A stretch of 64,000 nucleotides of DNA from Gemmatimonadaceae bacterium (GCA_051859245.1 JBHYGA010000005.1:96001-160000), one strand, 5' to 3'; positions 23,002-32,898 are shown, numbered from the stretch's first letter. Translations and numbers: made by a program. The notes: generated by a model from the sequence alone, not told the origin.

Positions 23002-23697
23002 ATGACCACACGCTCTTTTTCGTCTTCCGCCCACTGGTGCGTTCCGGTACCGTCCATGCACATCAGTGCGGGCGCGGCCGGTGCCATGCTCACAATCACG
23101 CTGTTGCACGACACCGAGGTGTCGTTCGATGCCGGGCACGTGCTCGTGGTACACGATCCGCTTGGCCTCACTGCGGAACGACTGCTCGCGCATGTGTATC
23201 GGGTGGCGCTGCAGCGCGGCAGCGAAGGGCCATGGCGGGCCACGTCGGCCGTTGGTGCGCGATGGATGGCGGTGCAGCCGCCACTGGCGGCAATCTGGCC
23301 CGCCGTTGACCTGCTGCAGACGCGGCGCTGGCGCTCCGTGCCTGAACGCGGGCTGCTGACGGGCTCGCGGGGCGGCTCGCCACCGGAGCGGCCGCTTCGT
23401 GTGGCCGAGGCGCGGGGGGCCGGGGATTTTGCCGTGCGGGCGCCTGCCGGACTGCTTCTGTTGAGCGAATCGGCGCGCTCAGACGCCCTCTCGGCGGGCT
23501 CTGCGGCTCGGTTGCTCACCAGATGCCTGCGTCGTGGCTGGGCGGCTCTGGCCGCCACACGGGAGGGGCCGGTGCGGGGCGCACGTGATGCCGCTATCGC
23601 GAACGCCAGTGACATCACGACGGACGCCACCACGCCCGGCTGGCGATCACACGTGGTATGCGAAAGCGGCGTGCTGCGTCCTGTTGTTTCGCGCTAG
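23002..23697 (+). CDS. hypothetical protein (start uncertain)
   Basis: ORF fills the gap before cysS in the same orientation; no intact motif. Confidence 0.35.
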   Translation: MTTRSFSSSAHWCVPVPSMHISAGAAGAMLTITLLHDTEVSFDAGHVLVVHDPLGLTAERLLAHVYRVALQRGSEGPWRATSAVGARWMAVQPPLAAIWPAVDLLQTRRWRSVPERGLLTGSRGGSPPERPLRVAEARGAGDFAVRAPAGLLLLSESARSDALSAGSAARLLTRCLRRGWAALAATREGPVRGARDAAIANASDITTDATTPGWRSHVVCESGVLRPVVSR

Positions 23698-23781
23698 ATT
23701 GGAGATTGGATCATGCTCGCTCTGCTCGACAGGCCGCACGCGACAGTACGCGATCAACCTTTCGCTCTTCGCTCTTTCTCC

Positions 23782-25191
23782 ATGCCCGAGTTCCGCCTTT
23801 ACAACACGCTCACGCGCCGCGTGGAGCCGTTTGCACCGGTTGATGGATCTACCGTTCGCATGTACGCCTGCGGACCCACGGTCTACAATCCGGCGCACCT
23901 CGGCAACTTCCGCACGTTCCTCTTTGAGGATCTCATGCGGCGCACGTTTGCGTTGTATGGCTGGGATGTGTTGCAGGTCATGAACCTGACCGACGTTGAT
24001 GACAAGATCATTCGCAAAGCCGCCGCGAACGGTCAGACCATCACGCAGGTCACCGAACCGTTCACTGAACTGTTTCACAAGGATCGCCGGTATCTGCGCA
24101 TTCAGGACGCCGAAGTGTATCCCAAGGCGACGGAGCACATTCCGGAAATGATTGCGTTGGTGGAGAAGCTGGTGGCCAACGGCACCTCGTATGTAGCCGA
24201 AGACGGTTCGGTGTATTTCGCGATTGATCGTTTTGCTGACTATGGCAAGTTGTCGCAGCTCGACAAGCGGGAAGTGCGCGCTGGTGCGCGCGTGGCGCAA
24301 GACGAATACGCCAAAGAAAATGCGCAGGATTTTGCGCTCTGGAAGAGTGCGAAAGGTGAAGACGAAGCGTCTGGCGCGGCGTGGGATTCTCCATGGGGCC
24401 GCGGACGTCCCGGCTGGCATCTCGAGTGCTCGGCGATGGCCATGAAGTACCTCGGCGAAACGTTTGATCTGCACGCCGGCGGTATCGATCTCATTTTTCC
24501 GCACCACGAAGACGAAATCGCGCAGTCCGAAGCGGCGACCGGAAAAACGTTTGCCCGCTGCTGGTGCCATGGTGAGTTCTTGCTCACGGATGGCGCAAAA
24601 ATGGCCAAGCGCGTGGGCAATGTGGCCACGGTGGTGGACCTGCGTGAGCAGGGCATTGATGGCGCCGTGTATCGCCACTTCATCTTCAACGCGCATTACC
24701 GCAAGCAGCTCAATCTTGGTGAAGATTCGCTCGAGCAGTCGCAGGCGGCGGTGCGTCGCATTGGTACGTTTGCGCGGCGACTGGCTGATGCAACCGGCGG
24801 TACACCCGCGTTGGCCGACGCCGCGAAACGCGCGGAAGAAGCGTTTCGCGCGGCGTTATTCGACGACCTGAATGCACCGGAAGGACTGGCCGCGTTGTTC
24901 ACGTTCATCACCGAAGGCAATCGCGAACTGGACGCAGGTGGCGGTGATGCGGCCGCGCTGGCCGAAGCGCGTCGGGTGTTTGCGGTGATTGACGGCGTGT
25001 TTGATCTTGTGCCGGCGTCAGACAATACGGACGGCGAGTTGGCGGCCTGGGTGGAGGAGCGTCTGGGCGCGCGCCGAGATGCGCGGGCTCGGCGGGACTT
25101 TGCGGCGGCGGATGCGATCCGGGCCGAAATTGTGGCGCGGGGCATCTCGCTCGAGGATACGCCGAACGGGACCAAGTGGCGGGCGGGGTAA
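23782..25191 (+). CDS. cysS: cysteine--tRNA ligase
   Basis: YACGPTVY, HLGN, DFALWK, GRPGWHLECSAM, FPHHEDE, KMAKR. Confidence 0.96.
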   Translation: MPEFRLYNTLTRRVEPFAPVDGSTVRMYACGPTVYNPAHLGNFRTFLFEDLMRRTFALYGWDVLQVMNLTDVDDKIIRKAAANGQTITQVTEPFTELFHKDRRYLRIQDAEVYPKATEHIPEMIALVEKLVANGTSYVAEDGSVYFAIDRFADYGKLSQLDKREVRAGARVAQDEYAKENAQDFALWKSAKGEDEASGAAWDSPWGRGRPGWHLECSAMAMKYLGETFDLHAGGIDLIFPHHEDEIAQSEAATGKTFARCWCHGEFLLTDGAKMAKRVGNVATVVDLREQGIDGAVYRHFIFNAHYRKQLNLGEDSLEQSQAAVRRIGTFARRLADATGGTPALADAAKRAEEAFRAALFDDLNAPEGLAALFTFITEGNRELDAGGGDAAALAEARRVFAVIDGVFDLVPASDNTDGELAAWVEERLGARRDARARRDFAAADAIRAEIVARGISLEDTPNGTKWRAG

Positions 25192-25338
25192 GCGCGGGCG
25201 CTGGCCCGTACCGATCCGCGCCCTCCGCCGCTTGATTTTGGGGGCCTGTAGCGGTTAACCTGCGCGTCTTGTCCGGAGCTCGTAGTGCGCGCTGCCAGCG
25301 GCGCTGCGAGAAGGTTTGCTCGACGCATGCCGTGTTGT

Positions 25339-25411
25339 GCTGACGTAGCTCAATTGGCAGAGCACCTGATTTGTAATCAGGCGGTTACCGGTTCGATTCC
25401 GGTCGTCAGCT
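25339..25411 (+). tRNA. tRNA-Thr(TGT)
   Basis: Acceptor GCTGACG/CGTCAGC, anticodon arm cctga-TTTGTAA-tcagg, TTCGA T-loop. Confidence 0.96.
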
Positions 25412-25447
25412 TGTCCGGGGCGCCAGCGGTGCTGGTGCGCAGAGTTC

Positions 25448-25530
25448 GGTGAGGTACTCAAGTGGCCAACGAGATCAGACTGTAAATCTGACGGCGCAAG
25501 CCTTCGAAGGTTCGAATCCTTCCCTCACCA
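25448..25530 (+). tRNA. tRNA-Tyr(GTA)
   Basis: Acceptor GGTGAGG/CCTCACC, tcaga-CTGTAAA-tctga, long variable arm. Confidence 0.96.
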
Positions 25531-25571
25531 TGTGTTCGTCGGTTTTCGAGGCGAACGTGCAGGACCAGTAC

Positions 25572-25644
25572 GCGGGAGTAGCTCAGTTGGTAGAGCGCTA
25601 GCCTTCCAAGCTTGATGTCGCGGGTTCGAGTCCCGTCTCCCGCT
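25572..25644 (+). tRNA. tRNA-Gly(TCC)
   Basis: Acceptor GCGGGAG/CTCCCGC, anticodon loop CTTCCAA, TTCGA T-loop. Confidence 0.96.
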
Positions 25645-25676
25645 CTGAATACGTTCAAGTGCATACGCGCGATAAC

Positions 25677-25708
25677 CGCCGGCTCCGATTTCTCGGGGCC
25701 GGCGTTTT
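25677..25708 (+). terminator. intrinsic terminator after the tRNA cluster
   Basis: cgccggctccga-tttc-tcggggccggcg followed by tttt. Confidence 0.75.
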
Positions 25709-25840
25709 CGTAGTGGTCCTGCGCGTGGCGCAGTCATGTGCCGTTTCGTGCGCTGCATTCGCGAGCAGTGACGAAGCCGCGCACCGCAGGGTACACGATC
25801 GGAGATCTCGCTCGGTCCCTCCTCCTGTTTACACCGTAGC

Positions 25841-26524
25841 ATGCGACTACTCCTTGCTCTTTCACTGCTGACGCTCGTCATACCGAATCGAGCCGCTGCT
25901 CAAGCAGTGCGTGTCCCATTGACCTCGACAGATCGACTCCTGATTGGGACTACCTCGGCGAAGGTCGTCACCTTCGAGGGCGTCCAAGCCATCCAGGCCA
26001 CACAGGCGAGCGGTGGCCCGGAGGGGCTCATCTTGGTCCAGGGCCTCACCTTTGGCGACGGCGTTCTCGAACTCGATGTGGCTGGCCGCCCGGGAGCTGA
26101 GGCATCAGACGCGGCACGGGGATTCGTGGGCCTCGCCTTCCGCGTGCAGCCCGGCGAGAATGCGGCGGCGCCGCCGAGCTATGATGCGTTCTATCTGCGC
26201 CCCACGAACGGACGTGCAGTTGAACAGGAGCGGCGCAATCATGCGACACAATACATCTCGCACCCCGAGTGGACGTGGTCCCGGCTAAGGCGTGAGTCCC
26301 CGTCGCGCTACGAAGCGTATGTGGACCTCGAGCCCGATCGCTGGACACGTCTCCGCATCGAGGTGTCCGCAGACACGGCGCGATTGTATGTGCATGGGCA
26401 AGCGCAACCCACACTGATTGTGACCGATCTCAAGACGGGGCCGCGCGCCAGTGGAGGCGTGGGACTGTGGGTAGGTCCGGGAACGGTAGCGCATTTCCGT
26501 AACCTGCGCGTACATCCGCGCTAG
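25841..26524 (+). CDS. secreted DUF1080/concanavalin-like domain protein
   Basis: Signal peptide; FGDGVLELDVAG, GFVGLAFR, YLRPTNG, GGVGLWVG, FRNL. Confidence 0.7.
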   Translation: MRLLLALSLLTLVIPNRAAAQAVRVPLTSTDRLLIGTTSAKVVTFEGVQAIQATQASGGPEGLILVQGLTFGDGVLELDVAGRPGAEASDAARGFVGLAFRVQPGENAAAPPSYDAFYLRPTNGRAVEQERRNHATQYISHPEWTWSRLRRESPSRYEAYVDLEPDRWTRLRIEVSADTARLYVHGQAQPTLIVTDLKTGPRASGGVGLWVGPGTVAHFRNLRVHPR

Positions 26525-26529
26525 ACACT

Positions 26530-26913
26530 ATGCGAAGTCTCGAAGACATCCTGCAGTCCACCTCGGACAGCTTGTTTCCCGCCGATATGGGTCGGCGGCC
26601 GGTGCGCATTGATAGTCGAAGCGCAGACGGAGACACGCCGCTTCATGTCCTGCTGTCAAGAAAAGACGTTGCTGGCGCGAAGGCGCTGCTGGAAGCGGGC
26701 GCAGATCCCAACGCGATTGGCGACATGGGCGAGACGCCGTTACACGTGGCAATTCGTCAGGGTGCCTTGGCTGCGATCGAGGCGCTGCTCATGGCCGGTG
26801 CCAATGCGGATATTCGCTCAGAGTTTGGCGATTCCCCGCGGACCATGGCCGCCGCCAAAAACGGCGACATGGCTCGTCTGCTGAAGCGCGCGGCACCGAA
26901 AAAAGAACGCTAG
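26530..26913 (+). CDS. ankyrin repeat protein
   Basis: GDTPLH, GETPLHVA, LLEAGADPN, LLMAGANAD. Confidence 0.88.
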   Translation: MRSLEDILQSTSDSLFPADMGRRPVRIDSRSADGDTPLHVLLSRKDVAGAKALLEAGADPNAIGDMGETPLHVAIRQGALAAIEALLMAGANADIRSEFGDSPRTMAAAKNGDMARLLKRAAPKKER

Positions 26914-26960
26914 CCGAAACACAAGTGCGTATCGCGCGAACGGGTTTCGAGCGCGCTCGT

Positions 26961-27551
26961 TCAGTTCTTGAGCGACTGCCGAATTTCCTCCAGCAGCGCG
27001 TCCACTGTCAGCGTGCCCTCCTGCTGCCGCGCAAGCAATCCGCGTAACCACTCTCGCTGAGCAGTTGCGGCGCGGACACCGTACGTCAGCGTGATGACGG
27101 GTCCCAGCTGCGCTGCCTCGGGCACCGGAGTGCGCAGCGCATCGACCGCCTCGAGAATCGAGCGATACCCCGCCAGTTCCGTCTCGGCGTGTGCAAGCTC
27201 TGAGGACAGGAGATCGCGCAACGACTCAGAAGAAAGTCGACCGGCGAAAAAAAGCTTGACGAGCAGCGGCTCGCGCCGCGGGACAGGCGGCATCGGCGCT
27301 GCCAACCATGCGTCGAGCGCCTCACGGCCAGCTTCGGTCAAATGAAAAACCTTCCGGTCCGGGCGCGACACCTGCGCCACCCGCTCGTGCATCACGAGAC
27401 CCTGTGCGTCGAGTTCACTCAAGGTGCGGTAGATCGCCGCCTGGTCCGCCGTCCAGAAGTGACCCACCGATTCATCGACGCGACGCTTCAGATCATAGCC
27501 GCTCATCGGGCGCATCGAGAGGAAGCCGAGCAGGGCGTGGCGCAATGACAT
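26961..27551 (-). CDS. PadR/AphA family transcriptional regulator
   Basis: MSLRHALLGFL, SGYDL, HFW...IYRTL, RKVFHLTEAG, LLVKLFF. Confidence 0.9.
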   Translation of the reverse strand: MSLRHALLGFLSMRPMSGYDLKRRVDESVGHFWTADQAAIYRTLSELDAQGLVMHERVAQVSRPDRKVFHLTEAGREALDAWLAAPMPPVPRREPLLVKLFFAGRLSSESLRDLLSSELAHAETELAGYRSILEAVDALRTPVPEAAQLGPVITLTYGVRAATAQREWLRGLLARQQEGTLTVDALLEEIRQSLKN

Positions 27552-27587
27552 GACAGACGACCGGATGGGGCGTGAATGGACTATCAC

Positions 27588-27627
27588 TTGAATATATCAT
27601 CGGTCCTATATATGATAGCTCATATAT
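27588..27627 (+). promoter_or_regulatory. sigma70-like promoter overlapped by a palindromic operator
   Basis: TTGAAT-17nt-TATGAT; ATATATGA-N4-TCATATAT at 27608-27627. Confidence 0.6.
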
Positions 27628-29308
27628 GCGACACGTCATCAATCTCTTGTTGTTCACCCTGGCTGCATGCGCGGCGCCGCGGGCTTCGCTGAGTCGACCC
27701 TCAATTCCAGTCGACTCCAGCGTGCAGCTGGCAGCCGACGTGGTGCTGCCGCTGAATCGACCGTCAGGCGGCGTGCCAACGATCCTTATCCAGACGCGAT
27801 ATTGGCGATCGTTCCGCCTCATCGGTGGCGGCGGGCCAGTTCCGCCTCAGGGTCCGCGCGAACCAATCGTCGACCGCCTCGTGGCGGCCGGGTTCGGGGT
27901 CGTCATCACCGATGTCCGTGGCACGGGTGCCTCGGATGGCAGCTGGCGCTGGCCGTGGTCGACGGCGGAGGTGCGCGATATGCGCGCGGTGATCGACTGG
28001 ATCGTGGCGCAACCGTGGTCAAATGGGACCGTGGGCGCGACGGGCGTGTCGTACGAGGGCACGACAGCACTGCTTACGGCCGCGGTTCGTCATCCCGCCC
28101 TGAAGGCCGTGCTCGCGCGCCAAATCGAGTGGGAGCTCGCGGATGAGACGTTAGCTCCCGGTGGCGTGCGAAACGCGCTGTTCCCCGAGGTCTGGGGCCG
28201 AACCGTGGATGCGCTCGATCACGGACGCTATCCCGAGGTCTTCCCGCGCTTCGGGAAGTTCTTCATCAGAGGTGTAGCGCGCCGAGGCGATGATCGCGAC
28301 GGTACGATGCAAGCGCAACGTGAGCGTGCGCGTGCGTCTTCCGATATCTCCGAGCGTGTGCGCCATGTCTACGCCGGCCGTGACCCGTTCGGCGCGAACG
28401 GTCCACCTGTCGACTCAATCGGTCCGGCTGGTCACGCCACCGCACTCGGTGCAACGCGGGCGGTGGTCGCGATCTGGGGCAGTTGGTGGGATGGCGGCAC
28501 AGCCGACGCGGTATTTCGGGCCGACTCCGTGATGCCACTCGCGCAGGCGGTGATCGGCGGCTGGACACATGAGGGTGATCGCAGCGCGAGTCCGCTGCCG
28601 CAGCGCGGGAACGTGCAACACACCGTCGACCTCGAGTCAGTGGTGGCGTTCTTCCAGCGCACGGTGCGTGAGGATGCCGCACCCTTGGATAGCACTCAAC
28701 GCGTACGCTGGTACACTGCGGGCTCCGGCCAGTGGCGCACCGCCTCGACGTGGCCGAGTACGACACCGCGCGCATGGAGCATGCGCGAGGCCAACACGCC
28801 GACGCGTGCGGGCGCGATCGACACGTGGATCGCTCATGGAAAAGCCACGACCGGCACCAATACGCGCTGGACGACTGGCCTGGTGCGGCCGGTTGATGTG
28901 CGCGAGCGCGCTTCAGCCACCGGTGTGTTCACGTATGTGCTGCCGCCCCTTGTCGATTCGCTGCACGTCTTTGGTGCGGGCGCGTTCACGTGTGCCATGC
29001 ACGCGGATGTCCCGGAAGCGACGCTGCACGTGTACGTCGAGTCTGTTGATCCGTCTGGTCGCGTCCGACTGCTCACTGAGGGTATGCAGCGCGTCGTGCG
29101 CAAGCTCGGCCCGGTACCACCTGAAGAATCGGTCACGATACGTATCCGCCCGGTTGCGTTTGCACTACCACCGCAATGGCGTCTTCGCGTGGCGCTTGCG
29201 GGCGAAGACGTACCCACATTCGAGCGCGTGCCCGCTAGTGGAGACGTCACCTGGCGCGTCGATCCAAGCCGCTGTGTGCTCACGCTCCCGACCGAACGCA
29301 CGCCCTGA
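27626..29308 (+). CDS. CocE/NonD family hydrolase (probable lipoprotein)
   Basis: LAAC lipobox, QTRY, DVRGTGASDG, QPWSNG, GVSYEG nucleophile, GGWTH. Confidence 0.87.
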   Translation: MRHVINLLLFTLAACAAPRASLSRPSIPVDSSVQLAADVVLPLNRPSGGVPTILIQTRYWRSFRLIGGGGPVPPQGPREPIVDRLVAAGFGVVITDVRGTGASDGSWRWPWSTAEVRDMRAVIDWIVAQPWSNGTVGATGVSYEGTTALLTAAVRHPALKAVLARQIEWELADETLAPGGVRNALFPEVWGRTVDALDHGRYPEVFPRFGKFFIRGVARRGDDRDGTMQAQRERARASSDISERVRHVYAGRDPFGANGPPVDSIGPAGHATALGATRAVVAIWGSWWDGGTADAVFRADSVMPLAQAVIGGWTHEGDRSASPLPQRGNVQHTVDLESVVAFFQRTVREDAAPLDSTQRVRWYTAGSGQWRTASTWPSTTPRAWSMREANTPTRAGAIDTWIAHGKATTGTNTRWTTGLVRPVDVRERASATGVFTYVLPPLVDSLHVFGAGAFTCAMHADVPEATLHVYVESVDPSGRVRLLTEGMQRVVRKLGPVPPEESVTIRIRPVAFALPPQWRLRVALAGEDVPTFERVPASGDVTWRVDPSRCVLTLPTERTP

Positions 29309-29330
29309 CCACCGCTTCCCTCTTCTTGAT

Positions 29331-30830
29331 ATGACAATCGTTTCGTGTTCACGGGTCGCGCGTGCCGCGGCATGCACGCTGCTCGTGCTGTCGGTTGCCA
29401 CGACTCCGCTACTCGCTCAAATGTCGTCGGATACCAGCACGGTCACCTTCGAACCCTTCACGCTCACGACACGTGCACACGGCGCAATCGCTGCGGAGAT
29501 TGGCACGCTGCGACTACCGAGTCGTCATCGCGAACCGAATGGCGCGACACTCGCGCTGCGATTTGTACGCCTGAAAGCGGTGCGCCCCTCGTCTGCGCCA
29601 CCGGTCATTTATCTCGCCGGTGGGCCCGGCGGCTCCGGCATCGACGCCGCACTCGGCGTTCGATGGCCGGTATTCAACGCCGTGCGGCAACATGCCGATG
29701 TGATCCTGCTCGATCAGCGAGGGACGGGGCGCTCGGAACCGCCGCCGCCATGTCCGCGCGCGGAGTCACCCGCGTGGCCTTCGCACGTCGCCCTCTCGGC
29801 CGACGAAGCGGTTCTCGCACTCCAGCGCGAAGCGCAACGCTGCGTCACGGCGTGGCGCGACCTCGGCGTTGATCTCAACGCGTACACCACCATCGAAAGC
29901 GCGCACGATGTCGAACGTGTGCGACGCGCCCTCGGCGTTGAGCAGGTGAATCTGTGGGGCATGAGCTATGGCACTCATCTCGCGCTCGCGGTGATGCGCG
30001 CGTACCCCACGCGCATCGGGCGCGTGGTACTGATGGGAACCGAAGGTCCGGATCACACGCTCAAGACGCCGCTCGAAGCGGACCGTCTGCTCGAACGCCT
30101 CCACCGATGGGTGGCGCGCGATCGCGAGGCCGGCGTCTTCACGCGGGATCTGTCGGGCGATCTTGCGCGTGCGTTGGCGCGACTTGATAGCGCGCCGTTG
30201 AGCGTGAAGCTGCCGGGCATGGCAGCCGATGCGCCACCACTTCGACTTGGTGTGTTCGATCTGCAGCTCACGGTTGCTGGACTGCTTGGGCGTGCGCAAA
30301 CGAGCAGTCTGCTACCCGTGATGCTCAGCGGCCTGCGCCAGGGAGATGCCACGTTGTTTGCGCAGCTCGCGTGGCAGGTTCGACAACAGGTCACGCGTTT
30401 CTCGGCGATGTCACTGGCAATGGACGTTGCATCCGGTGCAAGCACTGCTCGCCGCGCGCTGGTGTCCACGCAGGAGCGCGAGAGTGTGCTCGGCCGCGCC
30501 CTCAACTTCCCCTGGCCCGACCTGCGCGCCGACTCACTCGGCTTGCCTGATGTTGGGGACGACTTTCGCGCGCCGCTCGTGAGCCGCACCCCTGCGCTCT
30601 TCATCAGCGGCACGATGGACGGCCGCACACCGGTGGCGAACGCGACGGAAGTGATGCGTCGCTTCCGCAATCCGCAGCATCTGATCCTCGATCAGGCCGG
30701 GCACGACGATGATTTATGGACGTCGTCCGCGACGATTGCGGAGCGGATTGCGAAATTCCTTGCCGGTGATTCGGTTCGCAGTGGTACACTGCGAACCAAG
30801 CTGCTGCGTGTGCCGCGGACACCGCGCTGA
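29331..30830 (+). CDS. secreted alpha/beta hydrolase (TAP-like peptidase S33)
   Basis: YLAGGPGGSG, DQRGTGRS, GMSYG, GTMDGRTP, AGH. Confidence 0.87.
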   Translation: MTIVSCSRVARAAACTLLVLSVATTPLLAQMSSDTSTVTFEPFTLTTRAHGAIAAEIGTLRLPSRHREPNGATLALRFVRLKAVRPSSAPPVIYLAGGPGGSGIDAALGVRWPVFNAVRQHADVILLDQRGTGRSEPPPPCPRAESPAWPSHVALSADEAVLALQREAQRCVTAWRDLGVDLNAYTTIESAHDVERVRRALGVEQVNLWGMSYGTHLALAVMRAYPTRIGRVVLMGTEGPDHTLKTPLEADRLLERLHRWVARDREAGVFTRDLSGDLARALARLDSAPLSVKLPGMAADAPPLRLGVFDLQLTVAGLLGRAQTSSLLPVMLSGLRQGDATLFAQLAWQVRQQVTRFSAMSLAMDVASGASTARRALVSTQERESVLGRALNFPWPDLRADSLGLPDVGDDFRAPLVSRTPALFISGTMDGRTPVANATEVMRRFRNPQHLILDQAGHDDDLWTSSATIAERIAKFLAGDSVRSGTLRTKLLRVPRTPR

Positions 30831-31931
30831 CTATCGACCAATCAGTTTGACATCCACGATTCCGACGCGCGGTTCACCGGCCAGATCCACGCTGTATTTC
30901 ACCAGTCTTCCGCCAGGTAAGATTCCGGTAACCCAGCCGACGATCTCCGTGCGTGTGACGACGCGTCCCGTGGTGAGGTCGAGCACTTCGAGCACGGTGT
31001 TGTAGAGTTTCTCGATCGCGATCGCGCTCACACGGATCTCTTGCTGCAACGACACGCCGCTCCACGCCGCGGCCCAGCCCGGCGCGGGCACCTGCGTGGT
31101 CACCCAGAGCAGTCCCGTGGAATCCACCCACGTGCCGGTAATCGCTACGGGCGGCGGATTCGCGGGGGCGAGATTACGAATGGACGGCTCAGCGAACCAC
31201 GCTGGCCGTCGCTCGAACTGGCGCCGTTCCACGCCGAGCCTGCTCCAGCGCGTGATGTCGTACGCGCGACGATCCACAGTGATTGTGCTTGCCGTCGCAC
31301 CCACGTTGATGTGCTGCGTCACGTCCGGCGAGTAGCCTTTGCGCAGCACACCGTCAACCGAACCGAAGGTGCGCGTTGATTGTGCAGTCGAACCACGGAA
31401 ACTCATGAGGTACAACGGCTCGACCGAGGCCTTCGGCCCGTAGCTGCGCCCGCTGATCAACACACTGTCTGGCCAACGAACCACCGCGCCAGAGCCGAAC
31501 GTGTACGGATACGGAATGCTTCGGATGAACTGCAGTGCGGGTGACAGCACTGATGCACGGGCATTCGGCGGATCAATCACGAGCAGTGAATCACCCGGCA
31601 GCGTTATGATGTCGCTTGGCCCTTGGTATTCATTGGGTCCACGTCCATCACGACCGATCGTCTGCACAAAACGTCCGGCGTTATCGAATACCAGAATCGA
31701 CGCGTCGGCGAGCACGTAAATGCGTCCGCGATTGTCAGCCCTGACCTGTTGGGGCGCAGACGCGATCGCGTGTTGCGGCGGCACGCGCAGAAACACCGGC
31801 GGTGACATGCTTATGCGACACGCGGCGCACGACACCTGATCGGGAATGCGTTGCGCCGCCTGCGCGTTCGCATCAACGACGCAGAGTGACGCGAAGAATC
31901 CAACTGCGAACAACCGCCGCGCTCGACTCAC
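30831..31931 (-). CDS. secreted 6-bladed beta-propeller (NHL-like) protein
   Basis: Signal peptide; VFDNAGRFVQTIGRDGRGPNEY, GDSLLVID. Confidence 0.75.
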   Translation of the reverse strand: MSRARRLFAVGFFASLCVVDANAQAAQRIPDQVSCAACRISMSPPVFLRVPPQHAIASAPQQVRADNRGRIYVLADASILVFDNAGRFVQTIGRDGRGPNEYQGPSDIITLPGDSLLVIDPPNARASVLSPALQFIRSIPYPYTFGSGAVVRWPDSVLISGRSYGPKASVEPLYLMSFRGSTAQSTRTFGSVDGVLRKGYSPDVTQHINVGATASTITVDRRAYDITRWSRLGVERRQFERRPAWFAEPSIRNLAPANPPPVAITGTWVDSTGLLWVTTQVPAPGWAAAWSGVSLQQEIRVSAIAIEKLYNTVLEVLDLTTGRVVTRTEIVGWVTGILPGGRLVKYSVDLAGEPRVGIVDVKLIGR

Positions 31932-32146
31932 GAATGCTGAGGTGCGCCCAACACGTTGCGAAAAAGCGCATCGACATCAATCACGAGCGAATTGGTCGCA
32001 CCCGTTGCGTGATACAGCGTGGGTGCGGGCATGTCTTCCCGTGTGGGGCTCCTGCTCGCGCTGGACGGCCTGAGCATAAGGTCGGGTTCCACCAGGCGAT
32101 GGAGCTGATCGAGCGTCCACGCCTCAGTTGCGTAGGCCATGAGCAT
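31928..32146 (-). pseudogene. possible internally deleted Uma2-like nuclease remnant
   Basis: WTLDQLHRL, LVEPDL and YHATGATNSLVIDVDALF resemble the N-terminal, central and C-terminal parts of Uma2 proteins, with the intervening segments absent. Confidence 0.4.
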
Positions 32147-32209
32147 AGGGTACGCTCGGCTCGGCCGCCGAGTCAAGCGAGACGCGTCGCGAAACGCGTG
32201 TGCGAGCGC

Positions 32210-32416
32210 CTAATCGCGCTCGTGCGACACAAAGCCCACGCGCGCGTTGATGGCAATGCGCTGCTCCGCCGTCATGCTGCTCCAGCCTGCGATCTCGTCG
32301 ATCGTACGGCCGCAACCGCGGCAGCGACGGTCCGCGTCAAGCTGGCACACCTTGATGCACGGGGACTCGGTGGTGGGGCGAGCGGCTCGCGTGGCGCGGG
32401 GTGGGGCGGAGGACAT
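32210..32416 (-). CDS. DUF1289 domain protein
   Basis: SPCIKVC...CRGCGRTIDEIAGW. Confidence 0.88.
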   Translation of the reverse strand: MSSAPPRATRAARPTTESPCIKVCQLDADRRCRGCGRTIDEIAGWSSMTAEQRIAINARVGFVSHERD

Positions 32417-32625
32417 TCGAGATCAGGAAAGTGGAGGCGCCGGCTGCTCCGGCATGAGCCGACGCGCCTGAAGCGAGACAATAAACCAATCACGCGACCG
32501 GCGCGCCAAAAATCCATGCTTGACAGATCGCCAAAACGCCCCATACTGTCCATGTAACACTGGCTTGCACTCACGTGTGATTGCAAGCCAGTGAGCATCG
32601 CACCAAGACATAAGCACTGGTCGCT

Positions 32626-32789
32626 GCATCTGGTGGTTCGGATGTGGCGTGAAGAGGGAACCCGGTTCAAATCCGGGGCGGCCCCGCCGCTGTGAGGGAG
32701 GACAACGGAGCATGCAGCCACTGCGGTCAGTCTGACGTGGGAAGGCGGCTCCCGCGGATGAATCCCGAGCCAGAAGACCTGCCAGTTGC
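32626..32789 (+). ncRNA. cobalamin riboswitch
   Basis: AAGAGGGAA, CCGGT..AATCCGG, CCCCGCCGCTGTGA, GCCACTG, GGGAAGG, B12 box GAGCCAGAAGACCTGCC; closing P1 helix. Confidence 0.93.
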
Positions 32790-32865
32790 CCGGAGTCCGC
32801 GCGCACCCTCGAGGGAGGATGAGCCGGGGATTGCGTACGGCCTCATCAGGGCGTGCGTGGCCGAG

Positions 32866-32898
32866 GGCTCCTTGCGTTTGCCGCAAGGAGTCTTTTTT
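32866..32898 (+). terminator. leader terminator (riboswitch expression platform)
   Basis: ggctccttgcg-tttgc-cgcaaggagtc followed by T6, upstream of the RNR start codon. Confidence 0.82.

Noticed and set aside
28569..29330. N-terminal extension making the hydrolase 753 aa
   Set aside because: It overlaps the CocE gene in another frame; the signal peptide begins at ATG 29331.
32598..32616. NrdR box upstream of the RNR (caccaagacataag)
   Set aside because: Only a partial match and no second box visible.
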